A stretch of DNA of 45,542 nucleotides from a virus (taxonomy: Duplodnaviria; Heunggongvirae; Uroviricota; Caudoviricetes): the IMG/VR virus record IMGVR_UViG_2671181054_000005, positions 1 to 45,542 of that record. One strand, 5' to 3'. A program made the translations under genes and the position numbers. Each line of letters starts with the position of its first letter. The first letter of the stretch is position 1. The notes beneath the pieces are model-generated. The model was not told where the DNA came from. It searched no databases and was given only the letters and a program-made list of their open reading frames with translations. Below are positions 1-8,512 of this stretch, piece after piece.

Positions 1-216
1 TTATTGGTTATCCGCTTTAGAAGCATTGACCTGATCTTCCCATGATGCGATCTCAGATTCCCGCCAGCGCTTAGGGTTGCCGGGAATCGTTGGTTTAGGG
101 AAGGGGCAGGTGAAGCTCGAAGGCATGCGCGCCGGTGTACTCCAAAAGTACAGCGTACTCCGGGAAATTTTGTATCGAGCCAGGATGTCACTGGTAAACA
201 AGATGCCGTCATTCAT
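1..216 (-). CDS. Excisionase / AlpA-like DNA-binding protein
   Basis: 71 aa, ATG start at 216; motif ILARYKISRSTLYFW typical of AlpA/Xis-family HTH; sits at the integrase-proximal end. Confidence 0.6.
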   Translation of the reverse strand: MNDGILFTSDILARYKISRSTLYFWSTPARMPSSFTCPFPKPTIPGNPKRWRESEIASWEDQVNASKADNQ

Positions 217-325
217 TATTCTTTACTCCAGGCAAAAAAATGCCCTCGCAATGGAGGGCAAATGGGGGATAACGTGGCAGTGCATTCGCACCCAATAGCC
301 AGCTCATAACTGGCTATCAGTTACG

Positions 326-550
326 TCATGATGTTGGTGGTTTCGGTAGAGGTATCCAGTGCGTTACATTAATCGGATACCATTCGATGCCGTAGTTTTG
401 CTCATACACCTGAGCGTACCAGCCGTCGCCTTTGGGATGGCATTCGCAGTACTGACCAATATGCAATTCAACGCCAAATTCTGGGCGTGGCCAGATATAG
501 ACAAAGTCATCGTCCTCCGGTAATCGCTCACTACAAGGCACCCATTCCAT
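326..550 (-). CDS. Hypothetical phage protein (DUF551-like)
   Basis: 74 aa, ATG start; N-terminal MEWVPCSERLPE resembles DUF551 phage proteins as I recall them. Confidence 0.45.
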   Translation of the reverse strand: MEWVPCSERLPEDDDFVYIWPRPEFGVELHIGQYCECHPKGDGWYAQVYEQNYGIEWYPINVTHWIPLPKPPTS

Positions 551-559
551 AATATCTCC

Positions 560-799
560 TCATGCCGCCCGCATAGCGCGGAGGCGTTTTAAGTGTTCTG
601 CTGTTTCGATTTCTTCGGCGATCCGCTCAGCCTGTGCTTTGGTAAGCGGCTCGAATTCATGCTGAAAGCGGCCCATGCTGGCGATACAGGTGCGACCGTT
701 TCTGATGTAGTGGATGACTTCGTTGGTAGCGCGGAGGATTTTGCAGGGCGCCCCGTGGGGATCTGCGTACCAGGTATTAGGCTGGATTATCCTGAACAT
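560..799 (-). CDS. Hypothetical protein
   Basis: Track ORF 560..859 begins with GTG; first ATG at 799 has a GGTGG Shine-Dalgarno and cuts overlap with the upstream gene to 23 nt. Confidence 0.35.
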   Translation of the reverse strand: MFRIIQPNTWYADPHGAPCKILRATNEVIHYIRNGRTCIASMGRFQHEFEPLTKAQAERIAEEIETAEHLKRLRAMRAA

Positions 800-1433
800 T
801 GGGCACCACCTTAAATTCGATAACCCAAACCCATGGGTTAGCTTCCCAGTTGTCGGCACCGTAGATGCTCATCCAAAGGTCACGGAAGTTAATGCGATAT
901 TCCCATCCGGGAAGAACCCCGCCGGAAGGCGGCGTAATGCCTTCTGACTTTGCATCGTCCTCACTCAGATCTCTAAGTCGCTCAACACGCACGCCGGTAA
1001 TCTCCAGAGTTAGACGACTGGCCCAGCGCGGCATGTGAATCGAAGGCGTCCAGCGTATTTCATCAGCCGGCGGCACATTCTCGTAATGAGTTGGAAGGTG
1101 CTCAGGATAATCCGCGCGATAAAGTTTCAGGTCCGGCGCGCCAGCACCAGCTTCAGCCCACGTTTCGCGCACCCAGATGCGATCGCCGACGGCACCGAAC
1201 GGGCAGGTGTAGCCTTCATTCTCATCTGCAACGCCAAACACATCTTTCTTTGCAGGCTGCAGGTATCCGTTTTTATCGACCACGCCAGGCGTGTACCAGT
1301 GTGCGTTTAAATCCAGATCGTAACCGTTATGCGTTGGGTGGAAGCCATCAGACGGCTGAATTTTCATGATGCGCCGCGTCTGCGTCTTCCGGCCGTCGAG
1401 GATGGCGCGCACCATCTCGCCGTTAAAAATCAT
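777..1433 (-). CDS. Hypothetical phage early protein
   Basis: Track ORF starts at GTG 1448; first ATG at 1433 gives MIFNGEMVRAILDGRKTQTRR, a recurring phage N-terminus; function unknown. Confidence 0.55.
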   Translation of the reverse strand: MIFNGEMVRAILDGRKTQTRRIMKIQPSDGFHPTHNGYDLDLNAHWYTPGVVDKNGYLQPAKKDVFGVADENEGYTCPFGAVGDRIWVRETWAEAGAGAPDLKLYRADYPEHLPTHYENVPPADEIRWTPSIHMPRWASRLTLEITGVRVERLRDLSEDDAKSEGITPPSGGVLPGWEYRINFRDLWMSIYGADNWEANPWVWVIEFKVVPNVQDNPA

Positions 1434-1444
1434 TCCGCGCTCTT

Positions 1445-1666
1445 TCACTGGATTCCCCTCTGCTTATTCTTCAGCTCGATGACGGATTGGCAATCCGCGC
1501 ACGTCTGGCAACCGGGAACGGCAGAGCGCCGCGGCTCGGGAATTGGTTCGTCGCATTCTTCACAACGCTCAGCTGATACGGCGTTACGGTTGAGGCGGTG
1601 AGCGGAAAGGGCAGCGTTACGCTGAAGCTCTTCAATCTCTGCTGCGGTGTCTATGATGTCGGCCAT
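1445..1666 (-). CDS. TraR/DksA-family C4 zinc-finger protein
   Basis: Track start is TTG; ATG at 1666; C-terminal CEECDEPIPEPRRSAVPGCQTCADCQ is a CxxC-x17-CxxC DksA/TraR zinc finger. Confidence 0.7.
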   Translation of the reverse strand: MADIIDTAAEIEELQRNAALSAHRLNRNAVSAERCEECDEPIPEPRRSAVPGCQTCADCQSVIELKNKQRGIQ

Positions 1667-1757
1667 GGTCAATGCTCCCGGAACTGTCGGTTAATTCGGT
1701 TGAAGGTGAACGCCAGCAATAAAAAAGGCCGACTAAGCGACCTAGTGATTAGTGCCT

Positions 1758-1949
1758 TCATGCTGCACCGCCTTCATTCTTCTCGGCTTCGACCGCCATC
1801 TGCTCAAGCCGTCGCGATAGCTCGGCGGCCAGTTTCTGGAATTCTTCTTCGGTCGCCACCGGGATCGGCACAAAGCGAATCCCTATGTGCGCCAGGTGGT
1901 TGGCGATTTCGAGGCTTTTCCTCAAATCAACTGGTGAGGCTCTGTTCAT
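1758..1949 (-). CDS. Hypothetical phage protein (DUF1382-like)
   Basis: 63 aa, ATG start, 4-nt overlap with upstream gene. Confidence 0.45.
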   Translation of the reverse strand: MNRASPVDLRKSLEIANHLAHIGIRFVPIPVATEEEFQKLAAELSRRLEQMAVEAEKNEGGAA

Positions 1950-2242
1950 GCGGCGCGATCCTCTTCCTGGAAGATAATTTCCATTTCAAGCTTCTCGGCC
2001 AACGCATTCTCCGCTCGGGCACCAGCGGAGTGCTCCCAGCCTTCAAGCATGTAGATAGCATCAGCACAGCGAAGCATAGACAGGCAGATGTCCATGTACT
2101 CGGCCTGGGTTAATCCATCTGGTAGACGGGCGGGATTCAGAACAATATGGCCTTTCGACCAGAGATGAAAATGCGCATGGTTAAAAGCGGCGCGGTTAAA
2201 ATTAGGTAGGCCGCTCATGGGCCCGGCAATATAAACTTTCAC
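1946..2242 (-). CDS. DUF4406 protein (nucleoside 2-deoxyribosyltransferase-like fold)
   Basis: GTG start with GGAG Shine-Dalgarno; N-terminal KVYIAGPMSG matches the DUF4406 signature as I recall it. Confidence 0.55.
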   Translation of the reverse strand: MKVYIAGPMSGLPNFNRAAFNHAHFHLWSKGHIVLNPARLPDGLTQAEYMDICLSMLRCADAIYMLEGWEHSAGARAENALAEKLEMEIIFQEEDRAA

Positions 2243-2457
2243 GATTCCACTCCGAAGCGGCGATTAAGCCGCCCTGTGTATACGACGAACTCCAGGAGGC
2301 TAACTCCCATAGCTTCAATTTTCTTATGATGCTTGTTGATGATGGGAGGCACCGTTTCGTTCCAGTTAGGCTTTGGCTTCTTGCGCATGGCCTGCTGGAT
2401 TTCTTCGGTGCAGCGGCGGCAGGCGGAGCGGATGGCGTTGTCAGTTTCTGGCGTCAT
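2239..2457 (-). CDS. Hypothetical protein
   Basis: Track start is TTG; internal ATG at 2457 forms an ATGA overlap with the methyltransferase stop. Confidence 0.4.
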   Translation of the reverse strand: MTPETDNAIRSACRRCTEEIQQAMRKKPKPNWNETVPPIINKHHKKIEAMGVSLLEFVVYTGRLNRRFGVES

Positions 2458-3005
2458 GCAGCCTCCCGGCGGGCGAGAAGTTTCGCCCCGAAAGCCATCA
2501 GCTCGTCCCGGTCCACAGTTGCGAAGTGGCAATGCGTTCGGGGGTATGGCCGCCAAATAATCAGGATGGATCCTTTGCTATTTCCCGATACCGGCTTACC
2601 GGTGACCGGGTTAATAAATGCCAGCCGCCCGGCGGTGATGAAGCGAACATCGCTGGCGGTCTGGATTGCCTCCTTGAACCAGCCAACCGAAGTGTCAGCT
2701 GGGACAAGCATGACCGTGCCGATCTGATTGGCGCTCTCGGCGGCGGCCTTCTTAACAAACGGTGTAATGTCGCTGTATGGCGGGTTCAGCCAGACGTAGC
2801 CGGGAATGCTCAGGTAATCAGCCCAGGGCGTTTCCAGCGTGTTCTGCTCGGCGGTGATGAACTTGCGGCAAAGGGCGTTATGCGGGGCCGCGGCGGCATC
2901 CAGTTGGAAGCAGAACTCAGCATCAAGGGAGGCGAAGAGGGCGGGTGGAGTGCGCCATAGGTCACGCTGATCCGCTGGGGTGTTGCTGCCGGTGTAATCA
3001 GTCAT
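2454..3005 (-). CDS. Phage N6-adenine DNA methyltransferase (Dam-like)
   Basis: 183 aa, ATG start; catalytic NPPY motif in VWLNPPYSD. Confidence 0.8.
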   Translation of the reverse strand: MTDYTGSNTPADQRDLWRTPPALFASLDAEFCFQLDAAAAPHNALCRKFITAEQNTLETPWADYLSIPGYVWLNPPYSDITPFVKKAAAESANQIGTVMLVPADTSVGWFKEAIQTASDVRFITAGRLAFINPVTGKPVSGNSKGSILIIWRPYPRTHCHFATVDRDELMAFGAKLLARREAA

Positions 3006-3154
3006 GCCGCCTCCTGCCTTTCCCGATATTCCTCAGCGAGCCGCTGCGCCTTTAATGGATTGCTTACCACTTCACCCCATGGCATTAGCCAGCCGTTACC
3101 AATGAAGGGAAGGCACACAGTGCCAACCCTGATGTCGTCGTGAGCGTGAGTCAT
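3002..3154 (-). CDS. Small hypothetical protein (50 aa)
   Basis: Not in ORF track; ATG at 3154 and stop at 3002, ATGA-overlapped with both neighbours. Confidence 0.3.
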   Translation of the reverse strand: MTHAHDDIRVGTVCLPFIGNGWLMPWGEVVSNPLKAQRLAEEYRERQEAA

Positions 3155-3579
3155 AGGATGGACTCCATTTCGTCGATGTAGAGGCCCTGAGCAATCAGGC
3201 GACTACGGCGGGCGGCACGTTCAATGCACTCCTGCCGTCTACCTTCCTGCGATTGTTCAATGGCGCGCCGGGTGAACAGCCGCGATTTACCCTGTGGCGT
3301 AATGACCTTTGGCTTCGTGACCAGGTCGAAAGTCCGGTCGCAGATTCCGTCCTCGTTGATCCATTTCTCAGACTCAACTATCTGCGCTATCTGTCCGGTG
3401 CCGCGGGTGATGCCGTTGGCGACCCGGTTAAACTCAATGAGCGTTACGCCAAACTTCTCAGCGATTTCACTACCGGTTACCGGGCGGCCGCGCGTCTGAA
3501 TCATCCAGATAACGCGCTCACGGAGACCGGAGAATTGCCCGGTTCGCCCGGGCCGACGGTAGAAGGGTGTGCGTTTCAT
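3151..3579 (-). CDS. Hypothetical protein, possible HTH DNA-binding
   Basis: Track start is GTG 3585; ATG at 3579 gives an ATGA overlap with the exo stop. Confidence 0.5.
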   Translation of the reverse strand: MKRTPFYRRPGRTGQFSGLRERVIWMIQTRGRPVTGSEIAEKFGVTLIEFNRVANGITRGTGQIAQIVESEKWINEDGICDRTFDLVTKPKVITPQGKSRLFTRRAIEQSQEGRRQECIERAARRSRLIAQGLYIDEMESIL

Positions 3580-4256
3580 TTCCACTGCTCCCCGAACGTG
3601 AAGCCGATCTCCGCCAGCGCCTCGTCCATCTTCTCGATGAACTCCGGCACCATTTCTTTGAAATCGGTCATGTACTGTGGATCCCGCTCAACGACGACGT
3701 GGTGAATACCTTCGCGCTTCATGCGCGGGTCGTAGTTGGCAAAGAACCAGGCGTCTTTTCCGGTAACCCACATGCTGTACTGCACCTGGGCCATGTACGC
3801 AGACTTGATGGCTTCGAAACCGCCAAGGCGGAACTTCATGAAGTCGCGAGAGGTGAAAGGGCATTTAAGCTCAAGGCCGAACCCGTTACTGCACAGGCCG
3901 TCAGGGGAGCACGCGGTGCGCATGCTCTCGTCACGGAACAGGATCGGCGACTCCGTGACTTTCACGTCGGTGGTGAACTCGAAGAGGGTACGAGCGTCTT
4001 CCTCGTACTGCTTACCCCAGGCCAGCGCCTTAGCGTTAACCTCTGGCGCTACGCCTGTGCATACCTCGGCGAGCAGCGTGTGGAAGTAGGACATTTTCAT
4101 ATCTGTCCACTTCTTCCCCGATCTTGGCTTGGATATGACGTTGTGTACTTCTGAGGCAGTAATGACACCGAGGCGCAGCCGGTGCCACGCCTCATCGCCC
4201 TGTTGGATAGTGGTTACGTCAATGCCGGTCCGAGCTAGGATAATTTTCGGTGTCAT
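3576..4256 (-). CDS. exo: Lambda-type 5'-3' exonuclease (Red-alpha, YqaJ family)
   Basis: 226 aa, near-collinear with lambda Exo as I recall it (MTP.IIL.RTGIDV...GEQW); adjacent to bet and gam. Confidence 0.9.
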   Translation of the reverse strand: MTPKIILARTGIDVTTIQQGDEAWHRLRLGVITASEVHNVISKPRSGKKWTDMKMSYFHTLLAEVCTGVAPEVNAKALAWGKQYEEDARTLFEFTTDVKVTESPILFRDESMRTACSPDGLCSNGFGLELKCPFTSRDFMKFRLGGFEAIKSAYMAQVQYSMWVTGKDAWFFANYDPRMKREGIHHVVVERDPQYMTDFKEMVPEFIEKMDEALAEIGFTFGEQWK

Positions 4257-4459
4257 AGTTTTACCCTGTATACGTTCTGCTTATTTGAACGGGTGCCATC
4301 GTGAAACCATATTGCGCACCTGGTGACTTCTATCCATTTACGCCGCTCAAGCTCGGCGATGAACCATGAAACGCGAGACCTTGAAATGCCTAAAATCTTT
4401 GCCATGTCGCGAATGCTGTGCTTTCCGCTTCGCAACAGTGAAAGCAGGGAGGGTGTCAT
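4253..4459 (-). CDS. Small putative helix-turn-helix protein
   Basis: 68 aa, ATG start, ATGA overlaps with bet stop and exo start; HTH-like segment [22 protein letters not shown]. Confidence 0.45.
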   Translation of the reverse strand: MTPSLLSLLRSGKHSIRDMAKILGISRSRVSWFIAELERRKWIEVTRCAIWFHDGTRSNKQNVYRVKL

Positions 4460-5301
4460 GCTGCCGCCTTAGCTTTTTTCTGAAGGAAGTTGAACCCTTT
4501 CTGTGCCTCTTCTTCAGTGAGGTCGGACGCCTCAAGAATTGGCCGTTTGAAGATGTCGCTGCACACTGGGAGGAAGTCTTCCTCCCAGTCTTTATTCAGC
4601 GATGTTAAGAGATCGGTGATCGCCTGAAGCGTTTCTTCGCTTGCTGCTGGTGGAAGTGCTTCTGTGGTGCTGCGCGGCGTGACGTCACGGATATCAACGT
4701 CCAGTGATTTGCCTTCCATTTCTTCGGCGGTAGGCTGCTGTCCAATCTCAGGCCATGCCTTACGCAACGCCTGAGCTTCCGCGCATTTCGCCAGCTGTCC
4801 GTATGGGCGCTTTTTCCACATCGCATTCGGCGCCGTTGTTTCGCGGCCGCCGGTGGCATAGTTTTCAATCCAGTATTCTTTGGCGCTGAACTCGACGATC
4901 TCGCCGCTGGGCATGCGCTTGAAAACGGTGTATTTGCACCACTGAGGGAAGGTCACCTCGACACCAGTAAGCGTCTGAGTTACATCGGGCCCGAACTCAG
5001 GCTCCCGTGCCCCGGCATAATCGCCAGAGCGGTCTGCCTGAATGCGGTAAAGCCCGATTCCTGGCATGACCACGTCGCGCCAGTCACCTTTACCTGTTTT
5101 CGAGTCTTTGACGTACATCGGAACGAGGTGGACAGGTTTGAGCAACGGATCCAGCTGGCGGGCGCGGCAGTAGTCAAGCGCCATCATTACCGATTCGTCT
5201 TTGGCGCCAGGGTAGATGCTGTTCTTCAGTGCACTCCAGGTGGAGACGTCGACGCCTATCTCCTGAAGCGACTTCGCTGTGATTGTTAATTCGTTTGCCA
5301 T
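4456..5301 (-). CDS. bet: Single-strand annealing recombinase (Bet / Red-beta / RecT family)
   Basis: Track start is TTG; ATG at 5301 with GAGGGG Shine-Dalgarno; C-terminal tail resembles lambda Bet C-terminus. Confidence 0.8.
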   Translation of the reverse strand: MANELTITAKSLQEIGVDVSTWSALKNSIYPGAKDESVMMALDYCRARQLDPLLKPVHLVPMYVKDSKTGKGDWRDVVMPGIGLYRIQADRSGDYAGAREPEFGPDVTQTLTGVEVTFPQWCKYTVFKRMPSGEIVEFSAKEYWIENYATGGRETTAPNAMWKKRPYGQLAKCAEAQALRKAWPEIGQQPTAEEMEGKSLDVDIRDVTPRSTTEALPPAASEETLQAITDLLTSLNKDWEEDFLPVCSDIFKRPILEASDLTEEEAQKGFNFLQKKAKAAA

Positions 5302-5319
5302 CGTTAATCCCCTCAAAAA

Positions 5320-5604
5320 TTAAAACGGGCAGCCGGTACGGTGTTCCCAGTCGTATTCCGCCTGGGCGTAAGCAACTACCGAAATGAAATCGTTGTAGGC
5401 CTCGCCAGCTTTATCGCTGCGAAGCCCTTCGTATGGGCTGGAGTCTATCGGGATCGTGAAGTGGAAGAGGCCGGACGGCTCTTTAGGCATCATGTCGATG
5501 ATTTTCTGCGCCCGGTCGTCGATCCACTTCTCTTTCTCGTCGGTGATCTGCTGCTCAGCCCAGCGCCGATCTTCGATGCGGTCGTAAGTGAGGTATGCGT
5601 TCAT
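5320..5604 (-). CDS. gam: Gam-like host nuclease (RecBCD) inhibitor
   Basis: 94 aa; N-terminus MNAYLTYDRIEDRRWAEQQ resembles lambda GamS [20 protein letters not shown]; gam position upstream of bet. Confidence 0.55.
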   Translation of the reverse strand: MNAYLTYDRIEDRRWAEQQITDEKEKWIDDRAQKIIDMMPKEPSGLFHFTIPIDSSPYEGLRSDKAGEAYNDFISVVAYAQAEYDWEHRTGCPF

Positions 5605-5611
5605 GGTTGCC

Positions 5612-6583
5612 TCAGTAATGAATTTTCGCGCAGGGGATCAGGTCATCTTTCAGAGCGGTAAGCACTTCGATAGCCTGCTCGCGGGTTAAGCTGGTTTGGC
5701 TGGTGAGCGCGTTAACGATGTTGGTGCCGACCGTCTTGCGGTGCTTAACGTCAGCTTCACGCTTTGCCTGCTCATCGGCGAGGCGCTTCTCTTCGGCCAG
5801 GCGGGCATCTTCGGCCTGTTTGGCCTTCAGGCGCTCGGCTTCAACCGCCGCGGCTTTTTCGCGTTCCGCCCGGGCTTCCGCTTCCTGCTTCTCGCGAGCT
5901 GCACGCTGTTCCGCTTCGACGCGCTGGCGCTCCGCCAGTTCAGCGCGGGCTTTCTCTTCGGCTTCACGGCGCGCTGCGGCTTCAATCTCCGCTTTGTGCT
6001 TCGCTTCGGCATCGCGGCGGGCTTGTTCTGCTGCTTCCTGTTTCAGCCGCTCATCACGTTCACGCTGAGCCTGTTCCGCCAGACGGCGCTGCTCTTCGCG
6101 GTCACGGTCAAAATCCTTGTTCATCAGTAGAGCCATTTCGTGGTCCGCTTCGAACTTGGCAGCCAGCTCCTGATCGAACCTGATGTTCATCTCCAGCGCT
6201 TCGGCGTGCATCGCGTTCATGGCTTCTTCAGCCTTAATGCGTTCCTGCTCGGCTTCCCATTCGGTGAGTGGGCGGCGGGTCGCATCGCGCAGCTCGTCGC
6301 AGGCATCAACGAATCGCTTAATTTCGGCCTCAGCCGGACGCACAGCCTCTTTCAGGCGCTTCAGGTACTCACGGCCCGGCTTTTCGATTGCCGTCTTGCT
6401 GCGGGACACCTGCGCTGCCAGAGAGGCAACACGGTCACGGCCTTTCTTCGTGGACAGGTCCGGCACTTCGTTTACAGCCTGGCGGATTTGCTCAAGGTAC
6501 GCGTCAAGGCCGCCCGCTACGTAAAGCACTGGGGCCTGTTCCGGCTTGATTTCGATGACAGTTAAGTCCGTTACTTCGCTCAT
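5612..6583 (-). CDS. Hypothetical protein with long charged Ala/Glu/Arg/Lys-rich coiled-coil region
   Basis: 323 aa, ATG start with AGGAG Shine-Dalgarno; central ~150 aa is low-complexity EAEQRAAREKQEAEARAEREK-type repeat. Confidence 0.6.
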   Translation of the reverse strand: MSEVTDLTVIEIKPEQAPVLYVAGGLDAYLEQIRQAVNEVPDLSTKKGRDRVASLAAQVSRSKTAIEKPGREYLKRLKEAVRPAEAEIKRFVDACDELRDATRRPLTEWEAEQERIKAEEAMNAMHAEALEMNIRFDQELAAKFEADHEMALLMNKDFDRDREEQRRLAEQAQRERDERLKQEAAEQARRDAEAKHKAEIEAAARREAEEKARAELAERQRVEAEQRAAREKQEAEARAEREKAAAVEAERLKAKQAEDARLAEEKRLADEQAKREADVKHRKTVGTNIVNALTSQTSLTREQAIEVLTALKDDLIPCAKIHY

Positions 6584-6652
6584 GGTTTCTCCTGAAATTT
6601 GGATGTGCAGATCCCGCCCGCAGAAGCCAGGCCGATCGGTTTAATAGGATGG

Positions 6653-6862
6653 TTAGTGCTGGATAGGGTTGCCGTGACCGTCCAGAAGGACGTCAATCAC
6701 GCAGTCACTGAGGCGGATAATTTCTGCATCGGTGTGCAGGTACACCCATTTGCGCTCCTGAATGACTGCTGAGACGCGATAGGTTCGGCCTTCATGCATT
6801 GCCATCATTCCGGGCGTGACGCACTGGCGAATGAGCGGGGTGGTACCGTAGTGGTGCATCAT
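6653..6862 (-). CDS. Hypothetical small protein
   Basis: 69 aa, ATG start, ATGA-type overlap with upstream small ORF. Confidence 0.4.
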   Translation of the reverse strand: MMHHYGTTPLIRQCVTPGMMAMHEGRTYRVSAVIQERKWVYLHTDAEIIRLSDCVIDVLLDGHGNPIQH

Positions 6863-7017
6863 ACCTTCACCTCAACCTGTTCCAGGAGGCCAGCCATATG
6901 CATCTGCCAGCGGTTAAGCGTCAGCTTTTCACGCGGTGCCGATACGGACGTCAGCTGCCACTCGTTATCGTTGAGCTTTTTGTCGGTGTACTGCTTGCCG
7001 TTGTGGGTGACTGTCAT
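6859..7017 (-). CDS. Small hypothetical protein (52 aa)
   Basis: Not in ORF track; ATG at 7017, ATGA overlap with stop of 7014..7523. Confidence 0.3.
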   Translation of the reverse strand: MTVTHNGKQYTDKKLNDNEWQLTSVSAPREKLTLNRWQMHMAGLLEQVEVKV

Positions 7018-7523
7018 GATGCCTCCCGAGCTTTGGCGTTTGCCGCATTGATGGCGTCAATGTTCATCAGGCAGTAGATAGCGCATTCAGCGTCGTAATC
7101 ACTCAACCCGCCGCTTGCCAGCTTATTAAGTGCGGTGCCAGTTAAACCGATCTTGAAGCAGATAGAGCCGTGTTTAGGGCCATATCCATAGCGATGGTCT
7201 TCACGCTGATCGCTCCATTGGGCGTAGTTTTTTGTGCCAAAATAACGCTCGCTCAGACGGTTGAACCCCGACGCAATGTCGTTAATCGCGTCTTCAACAC
7301 ACCCGCGCCGTTCCGTGCTTTGTTTCGGGTCTCCGAAGTTAATGATCGTCATGCCATGCCGAACCATCTCAACCGTTAGGCCTTTATTGGCATAGTTGAT
7401 ACCTTCAGCCACGGCAATCAACTCCTTGCCGATGCGTGAGGTGTCATCAACAAACTTCGCCTTCAACTGAGCCAGCTCGGCTTCAATTGCCATTTTCTTC
7501 TTGGTCAATTCGATAAGAGTCAT
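7014..7523 (-). CDS. Hypothetical protein, first large gene after tL1-like terminator
   Basis: 169 aa, ATG start with GGAGAC Shine-Dalgarno. Confidence 0.55.
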   Translation of the reverse strand: MTLIELTKKKMAIEAELAQLKAKFVDDTSRIGKELIAVAEGINYANKGLTVEMVRHGMTIINFGDPKQSTERRGCVEDAINDIASGFNRLSERYFGTKNYAQWSDQREDHRYGYGPKHGSICFKIGLTGTALNKLASGGLSDYDAECAIYCLMNIDAINAANAKAREAS

Positions 7524-7656
7524 AATTGTCTCCGCGCTTAAGGCCGCGCCGCCGAACGGTTAATACAAGACTTCAACGCATTTATTCAGTGTTTCAATGG
7601 GCGGTGGATGGCCGCCGGTTGTCATAACTTGAGCCACTCGTAAATGACCCCAGGTA

Positions 7657-7682
7657 TGAAAAAAGCCGCTGGTTAGGCGGCT
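7657..7682 (-). terminator. Intrinsic terminator (tL1-like)
   Basis: Minus-strand hairpin GCCGC-N7-GCGGC followed by a U-run (plus-strand A-run 7658-7664). Confidence 0.5.
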
Positions 7683-7897
7683 CTGTTAATCCATTCTCGT
7701 GCGTTGCGTCGGCACATCCATGCCAGCTTTACCCAAAGGTCATGAAACCCATCACCACGCACTGATGCTCGACATTTTTTGCGGTACTGCCTGTAATCTT
7801 CACTGCACTCGGCAGCATATTTATCAGTTGTGCTTTGCATGCTCTTACCCTCTGTCGTTACCCGCTGATGCGGGAGAAATTCTTTATCTATCAGCTG

Positions 7898-8110
7898 CTA
7901 CAACTCATCACGAATCTGTGAGAGTGTGCTGATCGCCTGGTAATGACCGCGACGCTGCTCTTCTGTTTTGAACGCGCGCATATCGTCTTTTATCGATGCG
8001 ATTGCCTTATTCAGAACTTCCACTTGCGCTTCTTTAATCGCCTGTTTGCGTGGCTTCTGACGCTTCTTAGGAAGGTCTCTTAAACACGCCGGAATGTATG
8101 TCTGAGTCAT
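7898..8110 (-). CDS. Small basic protein, possible N-like antiterminator
   Basis: 70 aa, ATG start with AAGAGGA Shine-Dalgarno; about 200 nt downstream of pL; Arg/Lys-rich N-terminal segment LPKKRQKPRKQ; no nut site found. Confidence 0.4.
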   Translation of the reverse strand: MTQTYIPACLRDLPKKRQKPRKQAIKEAQVEVLNKAIASIKDDMRAFKTEEQRRGHYQAISTLSQIRDEL

Positions 8111-8317
8111 AAAAAATCCTCTTGTGATTCAGCACAGCCCACTCAGCTTCGAATGGACTGGAATAAATCTTTTTTTCGCTTTGCCATAATTGCCGCTCTC
8201 CCTGAGCCCGCCTATGGTCCGACGCATGGTTTACTGTCGCGCCGTTCGACTGACCGAATCTCCACTTCGCCGCTGGCTAACTTCGCTCAGCTGTCGATGT
8301 TTCGTTTCGATGGGCTA

Positions 8318-8380
8318 ACAATAGCTAAAGCGATTATTTCAGTCAATCGCCAAAACGATATTTATCATCGATAAAGTGAT
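8318..8380 (-). promoter_or_regulatory. OL operator cluster and pL promoter (leftward)
   Basis: Minus-strand TTGACT (8341-8346) -17 nt- TATTGT (8318-8323); three ATCGC-N4-GCGAT-like dyads at 8321-8334, 8346-8359, 8367-8380. Confidence 0.5.
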
Positions 8381-8482
8381 AATTCATTGAATGTTAAAGC
8401 GATATTTTTTTTAAATGAAGTGGAAAAAAGTGATGTTGAAGGCGGTTTGATGGGAGCGAATTGGAGGTAGTAGATGGAGGTA

Positions 8483-8504
8483 TAAAAAAACCGGCTTTCG
8501 CCGG
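8483..8504 (-). terminator. Intrinsic terminator ending the cI-lipoprotein transcript
   Basis: Minus-strand hairpin CCGGC-N4-GCCGG followed by a 7-U run, 9 nt after the lipoprotein stop. Confidence 0.6.
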
Positions 8505-8512
8505 TTGGTTAA

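Noticed and set aside
560-859. ORF-track start codons reported as M at GTG/TTG positions (for example 859, 1448, 1672, 3585, 5316, 9723, 16882, 21430, 22949, 32371)
   Set aside because: Checking the nucleotides shows these are GTG/TTG; in each case a nearby in-frame ATG with a Shine-Dalgarno and better gene spacing was chosen instead (GTG kept only for 1946..2242, 10921..11820 and 18730..19260).
5696-6183. Cluster of overlapping plus-strand ORFs (121-144 aa) rich in Ala/Arg/Ser
   Set aside because: They are the reverse-frame shadow of the repetitive GC-rich coiled-coil coding region of 5612..6583; low-complexity translation and no start context.
7726-7840. 38-aa minus-strand ORF with Shine-Dalgarno between the N-like gene and tL1-like terminator
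   Set aside because: Too short and unsupported by any recognisable motif; cannot be distinguished from chance.
8111-8317. Search for nutL (boxA plus boxB) between pL and the N-like gene
   Set aside because: No CGCTCTTA-like boxA or convincing boxB stem-loop found on the minus-strand leader; not annotated.
8153-8374. 73-aa plus-strand ORF inside the OL/pL region
   Set aside because: Runs antisense through the pL promoter and operators, no ribosome-binding site; considered spurious.
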